A DNA stretch of 64,000 nt from Candidatus Cloacimonadales bacterium (GCA_963678315.1 OY782781.1:2048001-2112000), one strand, 5' to 3'; positions 29,600-40,458 are shown, numbered from the stretch's first letter. Numbers and translations: made by a program. The notes: generated from the sequence alone by a model not told the origin.

Positions 29600-30817
29600 T
29601 TAATGTGAGAATCTATTCAAGAATGCAGTTATTTTATCTTTATGCAAACCCTTCAAGACAATTTGATGATTGCCTATTAGATTATCAACCCAAGAATCAT
29701 CTTCATTAATTCTCATAATAGCTTGAGTTCTACAAATATCTTTATTTCCCATACTAGAATCGATGACAGAAGCTTCCATTATTGAATAAGTTTGGTGGTT
29801 TTCTCCGATTCTTAGGATAGTAACATTTTCATTATTTAGATGACCATTGATTGCTAGATTAAGATTTGATTCCATGTGAGTATCTAAGGAAATCCTCTTT
29901 TGAAAAGCTAAGAAGTCAATTGGAACAGTACAATGGGCTAAAGTAAGAAGATTTTCTTCTGCGTCTATATCTGATACATTAGCCATCCAGCCAATTTGAT
30001 TAGTGATAGCCTTTGCTAAGACAAGAGTGTACAATGCTTGAGTATCTCCTTCACAACCGGCAATAAGACCATTTCTATTCAATTCTGCTAAGGCAAGACA
30101 TGCTGTAACCTTATGTTTTAGCAAATCGAAACATTTGATTGTTAATGCAGACAGTTTATATTTTTTTGTAATTATATAAAGGGCATAGTATAATTTAGCT
30201 GACTTTTCAAGTTCAAGCTTGTCTATATTACTTGTATTAAATGTATTAGACCATTTATCTAAAGTAGAATTGATATCATCAATTGAAGATTGATGATAAA
30301 TATCTAAGACTTCTTTTAATTCTATATTGATTAAATTTATATTGAAAGTAGGGGGGAAGTTACATCTTTTAGGTCCAATCAACCAATCAGAAATCCCACC
30401 AATTAGACCAAAGTTCATTTTAGTAATTTGTTGTGCTTTCTTATAAACCTCAATAATAGAATTGTAGTTTTCTCTGCATTGGTCAAGATTATCATATCTA
30501 AAATGAAACATTTCTACTTTAGGATTATCTTTATAATAAGTTCTTAACTCAATACTTGCAGGTAAAGAATTTTCATTATCAAATGCTACAATCAGGGATT
30601 TCATAGAAGAATTATCAATGATACTTTGTGCTAAAGACTCTGTTCCACCAGTTAAGATAAAGACAACAGAATAGATTATGTTTTCGTTAGCAAAATCTAT
30701 TCGCTGATTGTCATTAATAATGTTAATCTCTTCTGAGTAAAGATTATACTTTTTTAGTTTATTAAGAGCAAAATCATTACTTGATAAGCTAGAATGTAGA
30801 GCGAAATATTTTATCAA
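29600..30817 (-). CDS. L-fucose/L-arabinose isomerase-related protein
   Basis: TGGTE, NSLPASIE, ALTIKCF, GCEGD, AHCTVP, CRTQ, IGNHQ motifs; TTG start overlapping the rnr stop. Confidence 0.7.
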   Translation of the reverse strand: MIKYFALHSSLSSNDFALNKLKKYNLYSEEINIINDNQRIDFANENIIYSVVFILTGGTESLAQSIIDNSSMKSLIVAFDNENSLPASIELRTYYKDNPKVEMFHFRYDNLDQCRENYNSIIEVYKKAQQITKMNFGLIGGISDWLIGPKRCNFPPTFNINLINIELKEVLDIYHQSSIDDINSTLDKWSNTFNTSNIDKLELEKSAKLYYALYIITKKYKLSALTIKCFDLLKHKVTACLALAELNRNGLIAGCEGDTQALYTLVLAKAITNQIGWMANVSDIDAEENLLTLAHCTVPIDFLAFQKRISLDTHMESNLNLAINGHLNNENVTILRIGENHQTYSIMEASVIDSSMGNKDICRTQAIMRINEDDSWVDNLIGNHQIVLKGLHKDKITAFLNRFSH

Positions 30818-32943
30818 TCTTCCTCCACAATATCTAAATAAATATCGTCAGTAACAGCACTAACTTGCACATTTATCACTTGAGCTAATTTAAAAGATTT
30901 CTTAGATTTACGTCCTCTAATAATCATTCTTTCTTCATCCAAGATATAGTAATCACCAACAATATTGCTCATTCTTATTACTCCTGTAACAGGGAAATCG
31001 TTAATTGTAGCAAATATATTAGATTTGTTCATACCAGTAATTACAGCTTGATATTCATTTCCTACACGGTCGTGCATAAAATACATTATCATCTTTTTCA
31101 TAATATCTCGGTAAGCTGAATCACTTAATATCTCTCTTTCCGTAGCTATCTGGGCAAATTCTTTCAATTTTACATTTTTGAAATTATAGCCTGATTTAGC
31201 TATAACATCCTTTAACTGATGGTGAATAATCAAGTCAGATAAACGTCTGATTGGAGAAGTAAAATGAGTGTAGTTTTGGATTGAGAGTCCAAAGTGTGCT
31301 TGGTTTTTAGTAGAATACTGAGCTTTTTTCATTGCTCTTAAAATCATTTTATTAAAGACTTTTTCTTCTGGCTTACCTTCAAACGATTTAAGCACTTTCT
31401 GTAAAACATGATTTAAAGTACCATCAAAAGTAATTTTATAACCATAAGCTCTTAGTAGTTTAGCTACTTTCTCAATCCTATCTTTATCTGGGAATTCATG
31501 AATTCTATAAATTGTTGTTGGACATTGTTCCTTTAGATAGCTAGCAACATATTCATTAGCAAGAAGCATGAAGTTCTCAATCAACTTGTGTGACTCAGTT
31601 TCTTCGCTTTCTGTAATATTAGCTAAATTACCTTCATCATCATAAATATATTCAATATCTGGAAGCTTAAAATTAATATAACCGCTTTCTTTTAGCTTAG
31701 CTGACAGCTTTCTAGAAAGTTCTCTAGCTTTAAAAAGCATGTCTTTTACTTCATCAGAATATTCAAAAACATCTTTATCAAACAAGGCATCAACTTCTTC
31801 ATAGTTTAAACGTGCATCAGAGAGAATAATAGATTCTGTAGCAGACTGTTCAATGATATTAAGATTTGTATCAAATCTTGTTACTACTGTAAGAGTCAGC
31901 TTCTCTTCATCAGGTCTGAGTGAACATAAACCATTAGAAATTTGTTCAGGTAACATAGGAATAACTCTCTTAGGAAAGTAAAAACTATTACCTCTTTGAC
32001 AAGCTTCGGTAAAGACCTTCATTCTAGGTTTAACGTAATGTCCTACATCAGCAATATGCACATACAATGTAGAGCCGTTTTCATCTTGAGTATATGAAAT
32101 AGCATCATCATAGTCTTTAGCGGTGATGGGATCAATGGTTATTGTAAGAAGGTCTCTATAGTCAGCTCTTTTAGCTATCTCATAGTAAGTTATATCCTTA
32201 TCAATAGAATTAACTTCCTCAATGATATCTTCTTCAAAAGATAGAGGTAAATCATATTGCTCGATTACTCCAAGAACTTCTATATCTGGATCATGTGCAT
32301 TTCCTAAAACATCTAGAACTGACCCTTTAGGCAATACTCCAGAATGATAATTACCCCAATTGTCTATCTGAATCTTTACCTTTTTATTGTTTATATCTTC
32401 TTGTTTGTAAGGCTTAACCTTAATCGATGAGTGTATTTTGTGATTATCACAAATGAAAAGATATTCATTATTGACAAGAGTAACATTACCTACCATCTCT
32501 TGGTTAACTCGGCTGGTAATCTTTCTTACAACACCATATTTCTTATCTTTACGTGATTTGTAAGGCTCAATTAAAACTATGTCTCCGTGAAAAGCACCAT
32601 TAGTATCTTCAATAGAAATAAAGTAGTCAGACTCTTCAGTAATAACAAAGGCAAAGGAATAGCCTTTTGCTAAGGATGTTGCATCAAATCTACCTTCAAT
32701 CAAAATTTCATCTCTCTTACTGAAATTCTTTTTATTAGATGTTTTTTTCTTGTTCATGATAAAGAGTCTATTTCGCCTAATTAAAAAGCCACTCTTTTCC
32801 AGCTTATTCATAGTATCTTTAATATTTCTAAAGTCATGCTTTCTAATATTTAAGATTGAGGAAACTTCATTGATTGTTAAATTTGCTCCTGGATACTGCT
32901 TAAACAGTTCAACTATCTTTTTTTCTAAGTCTTGCTTATACAT
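30814..32943 (-). CDS. rnr: Ribonuclease R (VacB/RNase II family)
   Basis: N-terminal HTH, cold-shock domains, TIDPITAKDYDDAIS, HIADV, YTHFTSPIRR, S1 domain. Confidence 0.92.
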   Translation of the reverse strand: MYKQDLEKKIVELFKQYPGANLTINEVSSILNIRKHDFRNIKDTMNKLEKSGFLIRRNRLFIMNKKKTSNKKNFSKRDEILIEGRFDATSLAKGYSFAFVITEESDYFISIEDTNGAFHGDIVLIEPYKSRKDKKYGVVRKITSRVNQEMVGNVTLVNNEYLFICDNHKIHSSIKVKPYKQEDINNKKVKIQIDNWGNYHSGVLPKGSVLDVLGNAHDPDIEVLGVIEQYDLPLSFEEDIIEEVNSIDKDITYYEIAKRADYRDLLTITIDPITAKDYDDAISYTQDENGSTLYVHIADVGHYVKPRMKVFTEACQRGNSFYFPKRVIPMLPEQISNGLCSLRPDEEKLTLTVVTRFDTNLNIIEQSATESIILSDARLNYEEVDALFDKDVFEYSDEVKDMLFKARELSRKLSAKLKESGYINFKLPDIEYIYDDEGNLANITESEETESHKLIENFMLLANEYVASYLKEQCPTTIYRIHEFPDKDRIEKVAKLLRAYGYKITFDGTLNHVLQKVLKSFEGKPEEKVFNKMILRAMKKAQYSTKNQAHFGLSIQNYTHFTSPIRRLSDLIIHHQLKDVIAKSGYNFKNVKLKEFAQIATEREILSDSAYRDIMKKMIMYFMHDRVGNEYQAVITGMNKSNIFATINDFPVTGVIRMSNIVGDYYILDEERMIIRGRKSKKSFKLAQVINVQVSAVTDDIYLDIVEED

Positions 32944-33392
32944 TAATACCTTTTACCTATTTTTTCTTCGAGGAATGCTAACAAATCAGCCTTTTCTTCT
33001 TGTGTTTTAGAATACCTTATTGATGTACCTCTAAAAGGGTCTAATCTTCGTGGCTGACTAAAGGTCGAGAGCATAACTCCATATTTATCTGAATAAAAAC
33101 AACCAAAATCTGAGTATGGTCTTTCTATTTTAAAGAACCAATATCTTATCTCTACCTTCTTTCTAAAGAAAGTATATCTTGTTGGAATAAAGTATGTTGT
33201 AACAGATGTTACGATTAATAATATACCAATAATCCACCATAAACCTGGCAACTGCAGGGCGATGATTGTATATTTTAAAAGATATACAAAAACTAGCAGA
33301 AAAACTGATAGTAGGGCAGAGGTGCTTGGTCTATCAACAAATGGAAAAGATATCCAATCAAACTTAGGTTGATCATCTTTCTTATTGGACAT
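32943..33392 (-). CDS. Hypothetical membrane protein (2 TM)
   Basis: Two hydrophobic helices; coupled to both neighbours. Confidence 0.7.
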   Translation of the reverse strand: MSNKKDDQPKFDWISFPFVDRPSTSALLSVFLLVFVYLLKYTIIALQLPGLWWIIGILLIVTSVTTYFIPTRYTFFRKKVEIRYWFFKIERPYSDFGCFYSDKYGVMLSTFSQPRRLDPFRGTSIRYSKTQEEKADLLAFLEEKIGKRY

Positions 33393-34266
33393 TCAGAATC
33401 ATCTCCTTACATTTATCTATCTCTTCTTTTATAACCAAGATGTGCTCAAAGGTCGCAGGAATACTAAATTTAGAACCTAGAGTATTAGCTTCTCTATGCA
33501 TTTCTTGGACTATAAACATCAACTTCTTACCAGAAGCAGAATCGTCGTTTTCTAAGTTACTTAGGAACTTCTCAATGTGGTTTTCTAATCTAATTACCTC
33601 TTCAGTAACATCATTTTTATCAACATAGAAGGATGCTTCTATAACGACTCTTCTAAGAATTTCATCAGTGATATCACTCTGAAGTAGTTCTTTAATATTT
33701 GTTTTTATCTTATTGAATATCTGTTCTTTATAGTTAGGTATAATAGATCTTACTTCTTTGACACTGTCCAACATGAGAGCTAGGGAAGACCTAAAGAACT
33801 CTTTCATAGATTCGCCTTCTTCAAAAGCCATTTGCTGTTGTCTTTCCAAAGCTAATACTAAACATTCTAATACACTCTTGATTAATAAGTCATCATCAGG
33901 ATCTTTATTAGACTTCATTTCTATGATACCTTGATAGAGCAAGATACGATCGAGTGGAATTTCAGAATCTACTCCTAGTATTGAAGACGCCTTTTTGCCA
34001 GCTTCCCAGATAGCTTTAAGCTTTCCTTCATTAATCTTCATTTCAGGTTCAGATAAATCAGTAATGTTTATTCTACATTCGATAGAACCACGGTTTATAT
34101 ATTCTTTAACTTTCTTTGTTACTATTGGCTCTACGAATGAATATTCTTTACCAGAATAAAACTTAAAATCAAAGTATTTAGAATTTAGTGTCTTTATCTC
34201 AATTTCAATTTCATATTTCTCATTTACTAAGTTGGCTTTACCAAAGCCAGTCATACTTTTTATCAT
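33382..34266 (-). CDS. yicC: YicC/YloC family endoribonuclease
   Basis: MIKSMTGFG, DVTEEVIRL, GKKLMFIVQEMHREANTLGSK. Confidence 0.92.
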   Translation of the reverse strand: MIKSMTGFGKANLVNEKYEIEIEIKTLNSKYFDFKFYSGKEYSFVEPIVTKKVKEYINRGSIECRINITDLSEPEMKINEGKLKAIWEAGKKASSILGVDSEIPLDRILLYQGIIEMKSNKDPDDDLLIKSVLECLVLALERQQQMAFEEGESMKEFFRSSLALMLDSVKEVRSIIPNYKEQIFNKIKTNIKELLQSDITDEILRRVVIEASFYVDKNDVTEEVIRLENHIEKFLSNLENDDSASGKKLMFIVQEMHREANTLGSKFSIPATFEHILVIKEEIDKCKEMILNVQ

Positions 34267-34351
34267 TATATTGTCTCCAAGAGCATAAGAATATACTCGT
34301 TTGTTTACATAATATGCGTTATGCGATTAATTAATAAGTGTCAAATATCTC

Positions 34352-37315
34352 TTATTGACTAACAAATCCAATACCATTCTTCCCGTCCATCTTTATTTTA
34401 AGGGAATTTGGTGCTTTAACTAGTTTAACATATTTTGTCTCTTCTACAACTTCAAAGCTGTTTAATTTTTCCCAAGATACTAGATTATCTTTTTCACCAT
34501 AAGGAACTGTTATATAGCCGATATTCATAGATAAAATATTGTGGAAGAAATGGGTACCTTGTGATGGGTCAACCCTGAAGTTATCAAGGCCAGATTCAAC
34601 AATAACTCTAGCATTACTTATATTAGAAAAGGCAATTGGAATGCCCAAAAATCTATCTCTAGAGCCCCAACGACCAGGACCAATAAGCACATAGTTTTCA
34701 TCTCTTTCTAGCATTAGCTTATTAAAATGGTTAATCTCATCTTTAATTTGAACAGTCTCAGTATTATTAAAAGCGTCAGGCTTAACAAATAGAATGTGAT
34801 TAACACCATCAATCACACCATTACCCATTACATGAGTTGAGTAAATCAAACATTCCTCAGGATTAGCATCTTCTGCGTTAATGATAATGTCTTCTCCATT
34901 AACAGATAGTGGTCTAATTTGAAGCAAGTAGAATGTTGGTATCGGAAGCTTCTTTTCATTAGCTTCAAGATTAACTGAGAATTCTATCTCAACAGGAATA
35001 CCCATAGCAATCTCACCGATTTCCAGTAGGTCAGATAGGACATTTGCAAGAGGAATCTTATTGTACTTAACGATATTCTCGAAAGTGACTACAGGTCTAC
35101 CCTTTGCGAATATGCCATTAGTAAAGGTTCTGTTGTTATAGTCCCAATATGAGAATATATCTTTAAAGGCATCAGTTACTTCTTTGTTAGTTACTGAAAC
35201 AGAAGTTAAACAAGCGTCTTCTCCATTTAAAAGGTCATAGTCACAGTCTTCAAGATTTATTGCATAGAAATACTTTTGTGAGTTTCCCACTACATACTCT
35301 GGAGTCATTAGATTCTTTTTAGGATACTTTGGACTAAATCTAAAGTTGTTTTCACCTTCTACAACAGCCTTTCCTAATCCCACAGCTAAAGTTGCAAGCC
35401 CATCTGAGTGTTTCAAATCAGAAGTAGGATAGAAATTATATGATTGTGCAACACCTGAGAAGTTAGGGAAATAATATTTACCATATTTAGAGCCTGTAAC
35501 TTCCTGAACGATAACCGCCATCTTTTCTTCGCCTATCATATAATTAACATTCTCAATATATGCTCTTGCTTGAGTAACAAATATGGAAGAATACACTAGC
35601 TTAACAGCTGCAATTAAATCATTCAATCGTTTATCTTTATCAGCATAAGAATTACTTAACATATAAGTTGAATAAATACCTGCAAAAGGTTGAGCCTGAG
35701 AATCTTCTAATAAGCTTGAAGACCTCACAGCAAGAGGCTTATCAAGTTCATCAATGATACCACTTAACATCTCTTCTAGTTCTTTAGAAATATTACATTG
35801 AAGAAAAAGTTTTTGAATTTCAATATCACTATCTTTTGCAATATCAACATTTATACCATTTATATCAATGAAATTATCATATTCATTTGTTCCAATAATA
35901 CAGGTTGATGGTATTGAAATATTTATATCCTTGTACTTTTCATCAAATTCCATTGCGTTAAGAAAAGAGTTCATGAAAGCTAGCCCCCTCCCCTTTCCTC
36001 CTAAGGAACCTTCAGATATTCTAACAATTTGATCCTCTAAATCAATATCTGCATTATCAATATTAATAATTTTACCTCTAGCCCTAAGCTTTCTTACTTG
36101 CTTGAAAGTCGTAAGGACATACTGACGTAACTCTGAAACAGAATCAAATTGTGAAGTCTTTACAGGTCTAATTCTTTTAGCAACAAGAAATTCACCATGA
36201 GCTATCAACCAGTTTGAAAAATGATTCTTTAATGCATGGAAGAGTAATGATTTATCAGGAATCGTTTTAAGTACTTTTTCAAATTCTTTTAGGGTTTTAG
36301 CTTTTGCGTAATTGCAGTCGTTCTCATCTTTAAAGATAAAGTCCCCATATCCTAGGTTATTAGTAATGAATTTCTTAAGATTAGTAATTAAATTTCTTTC
36401 TCTTTTATATAAGAATGATGCATCATGCTTTAAAACTCCATCTTCATATTTCATATTAGATGATTGCATTAAAATAGGTAAATCTGCAGTTATGCTTCTA
36501 ATTTCGGAAAGAAGCTTAATGCCTGCCCCATGATATTCATCATCTTTCTTTGGGAAGTCAATATCGGAAATGAGGCATACAATAAACTCTTTGTACTTGT
36601 TATAGTATTTTATCGCTTCCTCATAATTATGAACTAATATAACCTTAGGTCTTGCTCTCATACGTAATCTTTTATTGATATCATTCATTTCAGTCTCAAT
36701 CAATAGCTGAGTCTGACGCATAATCGCTTCGTATAAGAGTGGAAGATAGGAAGAATAGAAGTTAATAGAATCCTCGACTAATAAAATAACTCTTACAAGT
36801 CCAACTTTAGTATCGTATTCACAATTCCATACATCTTCGACATATTTTATCATAGCTAAGAACAACTTACTATCACCATTCCAGAAAAAGGTATTATCAA
36901 TATACTGCATCTGTTCTGGGTACTTCTTAATTAAGTTTAAATCACTAGAGTTATTAAGAAGTAGCAAAACAGGTGTATCAGGGGATAGTTCTTTGATAGA
37001 TTTAGATAATTCATAGGGAATAGTCTCCCCTACTCGCATCATGGTAATTACTAGATCGTATTTATGAATTGAGAACTTCTTTAATGCTGCTTCCTTAGAT
37101 GGAACAGAAGTTATTCTAGGATTAGTGCTAAGGTTAAGATGTTTATATTCACCAAAGATCTGTTCAGATAAACGGCCATCTTGTTCAAAGATATAAGCAT
37201 CATAAAATGAAGATACAAGCAAAATTTCTTTAACTCTTTTCTTCATTAAGTAATGGAAGTTATCTTCTCCAAATTTGAACTTGTTGTAATAGTAATTCAG
37301 TTCTTTAATATCCAT
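34352..37315 (-). CDS. Receiver-like domains fused to a PPDK/PEP-synthase nucleotide-binding (ATP-grasp) domain
   Basis: YDLVITM and CLISDIDFP receiver-like segments; LGGKGRGL, PLAVRSSSLLEDS..FAGIYST, FYLLQIRP; no PEP-binding barrel. Confidence 0.8.
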   Translation of the reverse strand: MDIKELNYYYNKFKFGEDNFHYLMKKRVKEILLVSSFYDAYIFEQDGRLSEQIFGEYKHLNLSTNPRITSVPSKEAALKKFSIHKYDLVITMMRVGETIPYELSKSIKELSPDTPVLLLLNNSSDLNLIKKYPEQMQYIDNTFFWNGDSKLFLAMIKYVEDVWNCEYDTKVGLVRVILLVEDSINFYSSYLPLLYEAIMRQTQLLIETEMNDINKRLRMRARPKVILVHNYEEAIKYYNKYKEFIVCLISDIDFPKKDDEYHGAGIKLLSEIRSITADLPILMQSSNMKYEDGVLKHDASFLYKRERNLITNLKKFITNNLGYGDFIFKDENDCNYAKAKTLKEFEKVLKTIPDKSLLFHALKNHFSNWLIAHGEFLVAKRIRPVKTSQFDSVSELRQYVLTTFKQVRKLRARGKIINIDNADIDLEDQIVRISEGSLGGKGRGLAFMNSFLNAMEFDEKYKDINISIPSTCIIGTNEYDNFIDINGINVDIAKDSDIEIQKLFLQCNISKELEEMLSGIIDELDKPLAVRSSSLLEDSQAQPFAGIYSTYMLSNSYADKDKRLNDLIAAVKLVYSSIFVTQARAYIENVNYMIGEEKMAVIVQEVTGSKYGKYYFPNFSGVAQSYNFYPTSDLKHSDGLATLAVGLGKAVVEGENNFRFSPKYPKKNLMTPEYVVGNSQKYFYAINLEDCDYDLLNGEDACLTSVSVTNKEVTDAFKDIFSYWDYNNRTFTNGIFAKGRPVVTFENIVKYNKIPLANVLSDLLEIGEIAMGIPVEIEFSVNLEANEKKLPIPTFYLLQIRPLSVNGEDIIINAEDANPEECLIYSTHVMGNGVIDGVNHILFVKPDAFNNTETVQIKDEINHFNKLMLERDENYVLIGPGRWGSRDRFLGIPIAFSNISNARVIVESGLDNFRVDPSQGTHFFHNILSMNIGYITVPYGEKDNLVSWEKLNSFEVVEETKYVKLVKAPNSLKIKMDGKNGIGFVSQ

Positions 37316-37383
37316 GAATAATCCTTAGTTTTAGTTTATTTATATTGTTATACAAATTCATTAATTTGTCAAGAATAGTATTG

Positions 37384-37418
37384 AAAAAAGAGAGCCTTGA
37401 CTTAGTCATGACTCTCTT
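37384..37418 (-). terminator. Rho-independent terminator after the kor-mce operon
   Basis: Minus strand AAGAGAGTCATGAC-TAA-GTCAAGGCTCTCTT followed by a U-tract. Confidence 0.7.
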
Positions 37419-37449
37419 AAGTAAATTTATTTATCTATGATGTTCGAGT

Positions 37450-37851
37450 CTAGTGTTTATCTTTACAGAGTTCTAGAAGAACACCCTTAGTTGATTTTGG
37501 ATGTAAGAAAGCAATATCAGCGCCATGAGCACCAGGTCTTGGTTCCTTATCAATAAGTCTAAAACCTTTGTCTTCTTTATCTTTAAGTTCAGCTTTTAAA
37601 TCATCAACACCAAAAGCAATATGTTGAATCCCTTCGCCTTTTTTCTCAATGAATTTAGCAATTGGACTATCTTCACTAGTTGCCGCTAGAAGTTCTATTC
37701 TAGTGTCACCAATAGTAAAGAATGCAACTTTAAGCTTTTGAGATTCAACTTCTTCTGTTGACTCTAAAGTTAAACCTAATGATTCATACATCTTGATTGA
37801 TTCTTCTAGGTCTTTTACTGCAATACCAATATGACTTAGATTTTTTATCAT
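37450..37851 (-). CDS. mce: Methylmalonyl-CoA epimerase
   Basis: HIGIAV, IELL, IAKFIEKKGEGIQHIAF, PRPGAHG..IAFLHPKSTKGVLLEL. Confidence 0.93.
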   Translation of the reverse strand: MIKNLSHIGIAVKDLEESIKMYESLGLTLESTEEVESQKLKVAFFTIGDTRIELLAATSEDSPIAKFIEKKGEGIQHIAFGVDDLKAELKDKEDKGFRLIDKEPRPGAHGADIAFLHPKSTKGVLLELCKDKH

Positions 37852-37860
37852 GATTATATC

Positions 37861-38415
37861 CTATTTATTATATTCTTTTGCTAATTTGAAACCAAGTTTC
37901 ATAGCTTTAATATTCAATTCAACAAAAGCAGGTTTAACAGAATTTCTGATAGCAGTTTCTAAAGACTTTTCTGTAACAACTTTAGTGATTTTAACTAAAA
38001 ATGCTAAAGAAAGAATGTTAGTAACAACTTCATTACCGATTTCTTCTTGAGCTATTTGAGTGAATGGAACTTCATAAGTATTATTATTAATAACAGAAAT
38101 ATTCTTAACGAAAGTTGAATCTGCAATCAGAACACCTTCATTCTTAAGATCAAATACATATTTATCACAAGCTTCTTGAGTTAAAGAAAGTAAGATGTCA
38201 AGATTTGTAGCTTCAGGGAAGTTAATTTCATCATTAGAAACAACAACATCAGCTTTTGAATAACCACCTCTAGATTCAGGACCATAACTTTGTGTTTGAG
38301 TTACGTTAAGACCTTCTTCTACAGATGCTCTAGCTAATACTATACCAGCTAGGATAAGACCTTGTCCACCGCTACCGCTTAATCTGATATCTTTTTTAAA
38401 TTTCTTGATTGCCAT
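37861..38415 (-). CDS. korC: 2-oxoacid:ferredoxin oxidoreductase gamma subunit
   Basis: SGSGGQGLIL, QSYGPESRGG. Confidence 0.88.
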   Translation of the reverse strand: MAIKKFKKDIRLSGSGGQGLILAGIVLARASVEEGLNVTQTQSYGPESRGGYSKADVVVSNDEINFPEATNLDILLSLTQEACDKYVFDLKNEGVLIADSTFVKNISVINNNTYEVPFTQIAQEEIGNEVVTNILSLAFLVKITKVVTEKSLETAIRNSVKPAFVELNIKAMKLGFKLAKEYNK

Positions 38416-39254
38416 TATTTACCTTCCTTTTCTGAAAGCTGCTTTACTAAGTTTTGATAAGCTTGAGTATATTCAATTTTATTCTCCTTAATAAATGTTC
38501 CTCTTAGAATTTTACCTTCAACTTTTTCAGCTGGTAATTTTTCTGCAGCTTTAATAGTAATAGTATTATCTCTCATAGCTTTCATCATTTCAGGAGCTTT
38601 ACCCTTTTTGTTAAGCCTACCATAAATAACAGGGCAAGCACAAATTGCTTCAACAATTGAGAAACCTTCATGTTGAAGGGCATCCTTAATTTGAGATTGA
38701 AGTTCAATTGCATGATATGCAGTAGATCTTGCAACATGTGTAGCACCTGCGCCAATAGCTAATTTACAAATATCGAAGTTAGGGTCGATATTACCATAAG
38801 GTGTTGTAGTAGCTCTATCACCTTGTGGAGTTGCAGGTGAGAATTGACCACCAGTCATACCATAGATATTGTTGTTTAGAACTATAACTGTAAGATCAAG
38901 ATTTCTTCTAGCAGCATGAATAAGGTGATTACCACCAATAGCTGTTGCATCACCATCACCTGTGATAACAATAACTTTCATACCAGGTTTATACATTTTT
39001 ACACCAGTAGCGTATGAGATAGCTCTACCGTGAAGTGAATGCAATGTATTAAAATCTACATAAACAGGCATACGTGATGAACAACCAATACCTGAAACCA
39101 TAACTATATTATCTCTATTTAGTTTTAACTCATCAATTGCTCTTATAACAGCTCCAAGAACAATACCATTACTACAACCAGCACACCAAACATGTGGAAA
39201 TTTCTTATCATGTCTGAGGTAACTGTGAATAATTCTTTGTGGTATTTTAGCCAT
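38415..39254 (-). CDS. korB: 2-oxoacid:ferredoxin oxidoreductase beta subunit (TPP-binding)
   Basis: WCAGC, SGIGCS, GDGD...NN, YGMTGGQ; ATG at 39254 with GGAGG. Confidence 0.9.
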   Translation of the reverse strand: MAKIPQRIIHSYLRHDKKFPHVWCAGCSNGIVLGAVIRAIDELKLNRDNIVMVSGIGCSSRMPVYVDFNTLHSLHGRAISYATGVKMYKPGMKVIVITGDGDATAIGGNHLIHAARRNLDLTVIVLNNNIYGMTGGQFSPATPQGDRATTTPYGNIDPNFDICKLAIGAGATHVARSTAYHAIELQSQIKDALQHEGFSIVEAICACPVIYGRLNKKGKAPEMMKAMRDNTITIKAAEKLPAEKVEGKILRGTFIKENKIEYTQAYQNLVKQLSEKEGK

Positions 39255-40458
39255 TGTAAGCCTCCTTAATTTTAGCAAGAATTTCAGCAGGTGTAATTAG
39301 AGTTCCATTATTTCTATTGAATCTAATTAATGAACCATCTTTTTTATCTCTTACTAATCTTTCAAGTTCATGGAATAATTGACCTTCATTTAATTCAGGA
39401 ACAACTACAGCATCAACATTCTTTAACATTTTTGTAACAGCATCATCTGGGAAAGGCCAGATTGTAAGAGGTCTTAACAAACCAACTTTCATACCTTCTG
39501 CTCTTGCCATTTTAACAGCTTCTTTAGAAGCTCTTGATAAGATACCTGCTGCGAAGACAGCTACTTTAGCATCTTCCATGTGTTTAGTTTCAATTTGAAC
39601 TAAATCACGGATGTTATGTTTTATTTTTTTATTTAATCTTTCCATCATTTTACCAGCTTCGCTTGGTTTATTTGTAGGGAAACCATGGTCGTCATGTGTA
39701 AGACCTGTAACATGGAATCTGTAGCCATCGCCGAAGCTAGCCAATGGAGAAAGATACTTTTGATTTTCATCATAGTGTTTATACCAGCTAGGAGGAACAG
39801 TAGGTTTGATTCTGTTGATAACTCTAACTTTAGAAAGGTCAGGAAGAACAACTGCTTCACGCATGTGACCTAAAACTTCGTCTAATAAGAGAACAACTAA
39901 TGTTCTATATTTTTCAGAAAGGTTTACAGCTCTAATAGTTAATTCAAATGCTTCTTTTACTGAATCTGGGTATAATACAATAGCTGGCGCATCACCGTGT
40001 GAACCCCATCTTGATTGCATGATATCACCTTGAGCAGGACTAGTAGGCATACCGGTACTTGGTCCCATTCTTTGAACATTAACGACAACAGTTGGTGTTT
40101 CAGTAATCTTTGCGAAACCTATTCCTTCTTGCATTAATGAGAAACCAGGTCCGCTTGTAGCTGTTAATGCTTTAGCACCTGCTAAAGACGCTCCAATGAT
40201 AGCTCCGATACTAGCAATTTCATCTTCCATTTGGATGAATGTTCCACCTACTTTAGGAAGTTCTGTAGCCAATATTTCAGCAACTTCTGTTGATGGTGTT
40301 ATTGGATATCCTGCAAAGAAATCAACTCCTGCAGCTAAAGCACCTTTAGCAACCGCTTCGTTACCTTGCATTATTACAGCTTTTGGTTCGTATTCTTTTT
40401 TCACAGTTTCTTTAACCTCTGGTTGTTTTACTTCAGGTTTTTTCTCTGTTTTATTCAT
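39247..40458 (-). CDS. korA: 2-oxoacid:ferredoxin oxidoreductase alpha subunit
   Basis: GYPITPSTE, QMEDEI, TATSGPGFSLMQE, QRMGPSTGMPT. Confidence 0.92.
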   Translation of the reverse strand: MNKTEKKPEVKQPEVKETVKKEYEPKAVIMQGNEAVAKGALAAGVDFFAGYPITPSTEVAEILATELPKVGGTFIQMEDEIASIGAIIGASLAGAKALTATSGPGFSLMQEGIGFAKITETPTVVVNVQRMGPSTGMPTSPAQGDIMQSRWGSHGDAPAIVLYPDSVKEAFELTIRAVNLSEKYRTLVVLLLDEVLGHMREAVVLPDLSKVRVINRIKPTVPPSWYKHYDENQKYLSPLASFGDGYRFHVTGLTHDDHGFPTNKPSEAGKMMERLNKKIKHNIRDLVQIETKHMEDAKVAVFAAGILSRASKEAVKMARAEGMKVGLLRPLTIWPFPDDAVTKMLKNVDAVVVPELNEGQLFHELERLVRDKKDGSLIRFNRNNGTLITPAEILAKIKEAYNG

